From an uncultured Planctomycetia bacterium (GTDB taxonomy: Bacteria > Omnitrophota > Gorgyraeia > 1-14-0-20-64-10): DNA of 64,000 nucleotides. Both the position numbers and the translations under genes were made by a program. Location of the stretch: assembly GCA_964603095.1 (NCBI GenBank), contig CAZRTR010000001.1, positions 8,723-72,722 on the forward strand. Direction: 5' to 3'. This document shows, in pieces, positions 60,387 through 64,000 of this stretch (the first letter of the stretch is position 1; each line of letters opens with the position of its first letter). Below the pieces are notes generated by a model. That model ran no database searches and was not told the origin of the DNA. It saw only the letters and a list, made by a program, of their open reading frames with translations.

Positions 60387-62144
60387 TCATCCGAAATCCC
60401 AGAGAGATTTTTCCTCTTCGAAGGGATAGATGACGACCAGGCCGTCCGCCAAGGCGCCTTGGGTGTCCACGGAGAAGGCCCTTCGAGCGGGGAGGTAGGG
60501 GTTCCCCTGGCCTCTGTTAAACAGGTCTGTCCGTTCTTGTGGGCTTAAGACCCGTTTCCAGACGGCGACCTCATCGATCCGGCCGTTCATGAATCCTTGA
60601 TTGGAATCGAAGTTGGAGTAATAGCCGATCCTCAGGTCGTAGGTGCTGTCATAGCTGGAGACGCCTGGGGGAAGCTCCAGCCCCTTCGGATCGATCGGCT
60701 GGTCGTTGACCTGGATGTGGATCGTGTTTCGATTCGGTCCCCGGGTATCGTGCCAGGCCACGATGAAGTACCAGGACCCGGTGGCCACCGGGCCGATTCC
60801 TTCCATCGGTATGGTTCGGCCATCGAAGCCGTTTCCCACAGCGAATTGAAAGTGGTCCTCCCCGGGGAGATATCGAAGGAGATACTCATTGGTGGAATTC
60901 CGGCTGGAATCCCCCTTGCTTAAGAAAATCATCTCATCTTTGCTGTCCAGATAAACCCAGGCGGCAATGGTGAAATCGATATCCCCCATGCTCAGATCGG
61001 GGCTGTCGGGCAACCAGAGATACTGGGCGCGTTCCCTTTGAAACTGGGCGGCCAGACCGATCTTCCCTGGAGCGCAGGTGACGGTGTGATGGTCCCTCAG
61101 GCGGTTCCGGTGGCGCCGGGGAGGGGCCACGCTGGAGCGATCGGGAAGACGCAGGTGCTTCAGGCGCTTTGAGGCGGAGGAGAAGAAACCGGCCCTCCAA
61201 TTCTTTTCCTCCACCGCGGCGACCCAAACCACCTGGGGGAAGTTGGACATGGCCTTGAGCCATTGGGAGCTTTCCTGGCCCGCCGAGGCGATCAGGATGA
61301 CCTGCTGTTGCGCGGCGTAGCCCACCGTGTCGATCAAGCTCTGGGATTTCCACCACCCCCCGAGGTTCAGGTTGACGATGTTCGCCCCCTGGCCGACGGC
61401 GTAGACGATCGCTTCGCACAGGGTGGCGGTGGAGAGCCAGGGGCCGTTTCCCACCCGCAGCGGCAGGAGGGAGATCTCCGCCTCCCGGCTTCCGGAGATG
61501 ACTCTCCCCACGGCCTCCATCCCCCGCGCCTTGAATTCCCCCTCTCCTAGAGGGTCCGGGTCCCGCTCATAGAAATCGTAGCCCTGAAAGTCGTCGACGT
61601 AACCGTTGCCGTCGTTGTCGAAGCCGTCTCCCGGAATCTCCCCCTGATTGACATGGAGCCGCTTCCAGAAATAGGGATGTTTCAGATCAAAGCCGATGTC
61701 CAGAACGGCGACGGTCGTCCCGGAAGCCGCCGCTTGTCCGCTTACCGCCGCCGCTCCACGGGAGGAGACAGACTGGTCGAAGGCAGGGAGCTGGTAGTTC
61801 GGCTCCGCATAGAGGATGGAAGGGTGCGCTTGAAGCTGCTGGACCACCGTCCCCACCTGCCGGGAGGCGGGGAAGGTCAACAGATACAGGCCCCACGGGG
61901 CCAGCTCCTTGTTGACCGTGACGTTGCACTCCCGGGCGATCTCCTTCATCTGGGCCAGGGAGGTTTCGAGTGAAAACCGGGCGAGGACCTGACCTGAAAC
62001 CGGTGAAGGAGGGTTATCGGGTAGGGCCAGGGGAAGCGGAGTCGTTCGGCCCGAGACTTCCCCCACCCATCCCCAGACCCAGGAGAGTCCTCCCAGCAAC
62101 AGGAGCAGCCCGAAGATGCGCAGGAATCGTTTTTGAGTAAGCAT
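60387..62144 (-). CDS. subtilase-LamG paralog with a degenerate catalytic triad (probable pseudo-peptidase)
   Basis: Collinear with 56285..58105, including NDGNGYVDD, but His is replaced (KARGMEA), Asn becomes Gln (SAGQES) and the Ser motif is not recognisable. The LamG domain is intact (DFTIAAWVYL...GRIDEVAVWKRVLSPQE). It has a signal peptide and no C-terminal TM helix. Confidence 0.65.
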   Translation of the reverse strand: MLTQKRFLRIFGLLLLLGGLSWVWGWVGEVSGRTTPLPLALPDNPPSPVSGQVLARFSLETSLAQMKEIARECNVTVNKELAPWGLYLLTFPASRQVGTVVQQLQAHPSILYAEPNYQLPAFDQSVSSRGAAAVSGQAAASGTTVAVLDIGFDLKHPYFWKRLHVNQGEIPGDGFDNDGNGYVDDFQGYDFYERDPDPLGEGEFKARGMEAVGRVISGSREAEISLLPLRVGNGPWLSTATLCEAIVYAVGQGANIVNLNLGGWWKSQSLIDTVGYAAQQQVILIASAGQESSQWLKAMSNFPQVVWVAAVEEKNWRAGFFSSASKRLKHLRLPDRSSVAPPRRHRNRLRDHHTVTCAPGKIGLAAQFQRERAQYLWLPDSPDLSMGDIDFTIAAWVYLDSKDEMIFLSKGDSSRNSTNEYLLRYLPGEDHFQFAVGNGFDGRTIPMEGIGPVATGSWYFIVAWHDTRGPNRNTIHIQVNDQPIDPKGLELPPGVSSYDSTYDLRIGYYSNFDSNQGFMNGRIDEVAVWKRVLSPQERTDLFNRGQGNPYLPARRAFSVDTQGALADGLVVIYPFEEEKSLWDFG

Positions 62145-63069
62145 CGGTTTGAGATTGCGCTGGATGGCCCCTATTATAGCATTTTAAAGACTCCAAGTAA
62201 TCTCGGACGGTCAAGAATCGGATGTCGGGGAATGCGGCCATCGTTCGGAAAAGGGCCACCTGATCTTCCTGCACGCGCCGCCAGTCGTGCTCGAAGAGGA
62301 GGTATCGAAATTCGAACCCGTAGGTTTGTGAAGGCCTCAGGTACTTCCAGGACCATTGGGCCTTGCGCTGTCTGCCCCGCTGTGCGTTGAGATCCTCCGC
62401 GTGGAAGACGAAGACGATCGGCTTGCCCGTGAGCCGGCTCTCCCCATGGAGGACCCGGAAGAACCACCGCATGAACCCTAAGCCCAGCAACCGTTCCGAG
62501 TTGGAGACGAACGGAAGGATCCAGGCCGACACGGGAATCTCCCAGAGCCGGCCGTTTCCCTTTCGGTACGGGTTGGACCACGAGGGATGATAAGGAAGGC
62601 GGGGGGCCCACAGGGGAGCCAGATTCGTGATGTCGGATCCGAGAGCCCCGAGTCGCTGGGAATTGACCGAAAGATCGGCCCGATAACCCAGCCCCTCCAG
62701 GATCCTCATCGTTTGCCCCGAAACCTTGAAGGCGGGGGCTCGAAAACTGATCGGCGGCTCTTCCAACAGACGACTCAACCGCTCGGTGGCCTGTTGAAGG
62801 AACCGTTCCTGCCGTGAAACCGGAAGCCGGCTGTAGATCTCGGAGGGATCATGGGTCAACCCGTGACATCCGATCTCGTGGCCTTCCCTCCGCAGCCCAT
62901 CCACCTGCCCCCGGAGCATCTCCGCCGATTCGGCCGGGAAGAAGAAGGTGCAGGGCAGCCGCGTCTCGCGGAGGATTTGACGGGCCGACTGGAGGTCCCG
63001 ATCGACCTGCTCCGCCCCAGCGGTGTGGGTGTGGATATCGCAGGTCAACAGAACCGGCACCTCCGTCAT
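62014..63069 (-). CDS. polysaccharide deacetylase (CE4 family; ArnD-like candidate)
   Basis: LLTCDIHTHT..., GHEIGCHGLTHD is a NodB-domain His/Asp pattern. The start is trimmed to MTEVPVL. The 3' end overlaps the next gene by about 130 nt. Confidence 0.7.
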   Translation of the reverse strand: MTEVPVLLTCDIHTHTAGAEQVDRDLQSARQILRETRLPCTFFFPAESAEMLRGQVDGLRREGHEIGCHGLTHDPSEIYSRLPVSRQERFLQQATERLSRLLEEPPISFRAPAFKVSGQTMRILEGLGYRADLSVNSQRLGALGSDITNLAPLWAPRLPYHPSWSNPYRKGNGRLWEIPVSAWILPFVSNSERLLGLGFMRWFFRVLHGESRLTGKPIVFVFHAEDLNAQRGRQRKAQWSWKYLRPSQTYGFEFRYLLFEHDWRRVQEDQVALFRTMAAFPDIRFLTVRDYLESLKCYNRGHPAQSQTDAYSKTIPAHLRAAPVAGRTLLGLGMGGGSLGPNDSASPGPTR

Positions 63070-63830
63070 GGTTTCTCCGCGGAGACGATCCAGATGCCGG
63101 CCATCCTCCGGATCCCCGGGATCGGCTCTGCGATCCGGTCGATTCCCTTGAACAGCCAGAGCCACGAGGCCGGCGCCACGGTGGGGGTGAAGAGGAAACT
63201 GCGCGCCCGGCTGTTTTGGAAGCCGGACTGGGCGAGGAGGGACAGAAGTTGCGGTTCGGTGAACCAGTGGTCGTGGGGATGCGGTTCACTGCCGAGCACC
63301 TGTTTGAGATAAAACCAGGGGCACCACCGGTTGGGGAAATCGGCCACCAACCGGCCTCCCGGCTTTAAGACCCGACGGGCGCTCCGCAACGCCCGATCCA
63401 CTCTTGGAAGATAACGGAAAGTGGAGAAGGAGACCGCCCCATCAAATGCGTTGGATGGAAACAGATCCAGGGATTCGGCATCATCGATGAAGAAAGAGGC
63501 CCGATCCAACCCTTCCTGCCGCGCCCGTCGCTTGGCCACCTCCACGGAATGGGGGGACAGATCGATCCCCGTCATCCGGTATCCCCGGCGAGCGAGGGGA
63601 AGGGAGAATTGACCCACCGAGCAGCCGATCTCCAGAAGATGGCTTCCCGGTGGGAATGCCCCCAGTTCCAGAGCCGCTTGAAGCTTCCGGGATCGGAAGT
63701 AGGCCTTCGCGGGGCTTACCTCTTCATACGTTCCCTGGCCCCGGAACTCCCGCTCCGAGAAACGGTCGTACCGCCGCTGAATCTCCGCCTTGATCCGGGC
63801 GTCCACGGAGGTCGGCGGATTTAGATCCAT
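63066..63830 (-). CDS. class I SAM-dependent methyltransferase
   Basis: LLEIGCSVGQF motif I, VLKPGGRLV. Confidence 0.78.
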   Translation of the reverse strand: MDLNPPTSVDARIKAEIQRRYDRFSEREFRGQGTYEEVSPAKAYFRSRKLQAALELGAFPPGSHLLEIGCSVGQFSLPLARRGYRMTGIDLSPHSVEVAKRRARQEGLDRASFFIDDAESLDLFPSNAFDGAVSFSTFRYLPRVDRALRSARRVLKPGGRLVADFPNRWCPWFYLKQVLGSEPHPHDHWFTEPQLLSLLAQSGFQNSRARSFLFTPTVAPASWLWLFKGIDRIAEPIPGIRRMAGIWIVSAEKP

Positions 63831-64000
63831 CCCTTGACCCAGTAATACGCGAGAGCGGCCACTTCATGGAAGATTCCTCGGATCTGTCGCGGATTGACCC
63901 ATCGGCCGCGGGCGTAATAGATGCTCTCCCTCACAGGGGTGTGGACAATGGTCAGCTCGGGAACGTTTCGGGAGAAGGTCAGGTCGGCCCTCCGGGCGTG
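63827..64000 (-). CDS. 3' end of an unidentified CDS (partial, continues beyond the window)
   Basis: An open minus-strand frame ...NPRQIRGIFHEVAALAYYWVKGWI* ends at the methyltransferase start (4-nt overlap). Confidence 0.35.

Overview
This 64-kb window is high-GC (about 65%) bacterial chromosomal DNA, and almost every gene lies on the minus strand. The only plus-strand gene is a sodium-dependent NSS transporter at 16302..17813. The genes fall into five blocks.

1. Arginine and lysine biosynthesis: a complete argC-J-B-D-F-G-H-lysA operon (389..9586). It is followed by rplM-rpsI (9668..10479), which ends in a clear rho-independent terminator.
2. A putative Zur/Fur-controlled metal (zinc?) uptake locus (10496..16152). 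It holds a ZIP permease with an extra roughly 105-aa C-terminal domain, tonB-exbD-exbB, a TonB-dependent outer-membrane receptor, a small YezD/DUF2292-like ORF and a Fur-family regulator.
3. A housekeeping stretch (17821..40543): a HEPN/MNT toxin-antitoxin pair, truA, asd, leuB, thiG, glgC, an opp-type ABC transporter, secG, tpiA, pgk, gap, two tandem galT-like genes, fmt, def, priA and udg. The opp operon is interrupted by a SAM methyltransferase and a CE4 deacetylase.
4. A large envelope-glycan/LPS locus (40533..63830). It encodes an MGDG-synthase-like glycosyltransferase, gmhB, an NDP-sugar dehydratase/epimerase, several GT2s including a tandem WaaE-like fusion, ArnC-like, ArnT-like and UXS/ArnA-like enzymes, two CE4 enzymes, four SAM methyltransferases, two GT9 heptosyltransferases, an O-antigen-ligase-like protein, and a WecA-like transferase fused to a PglF/WbaP-type domain. 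It also encodes two paralogous subtilase-LamG proteins, one of them apparently catalytically dead.
5. Two families of short palindromic repeats sit exactly at operon gene junctions or inside gene ends, and ORFs read through them.

No tRNA, rRNA or CRISPR array was recognised. All coordinates were positioned by eye and may be off by a few nucleotides.
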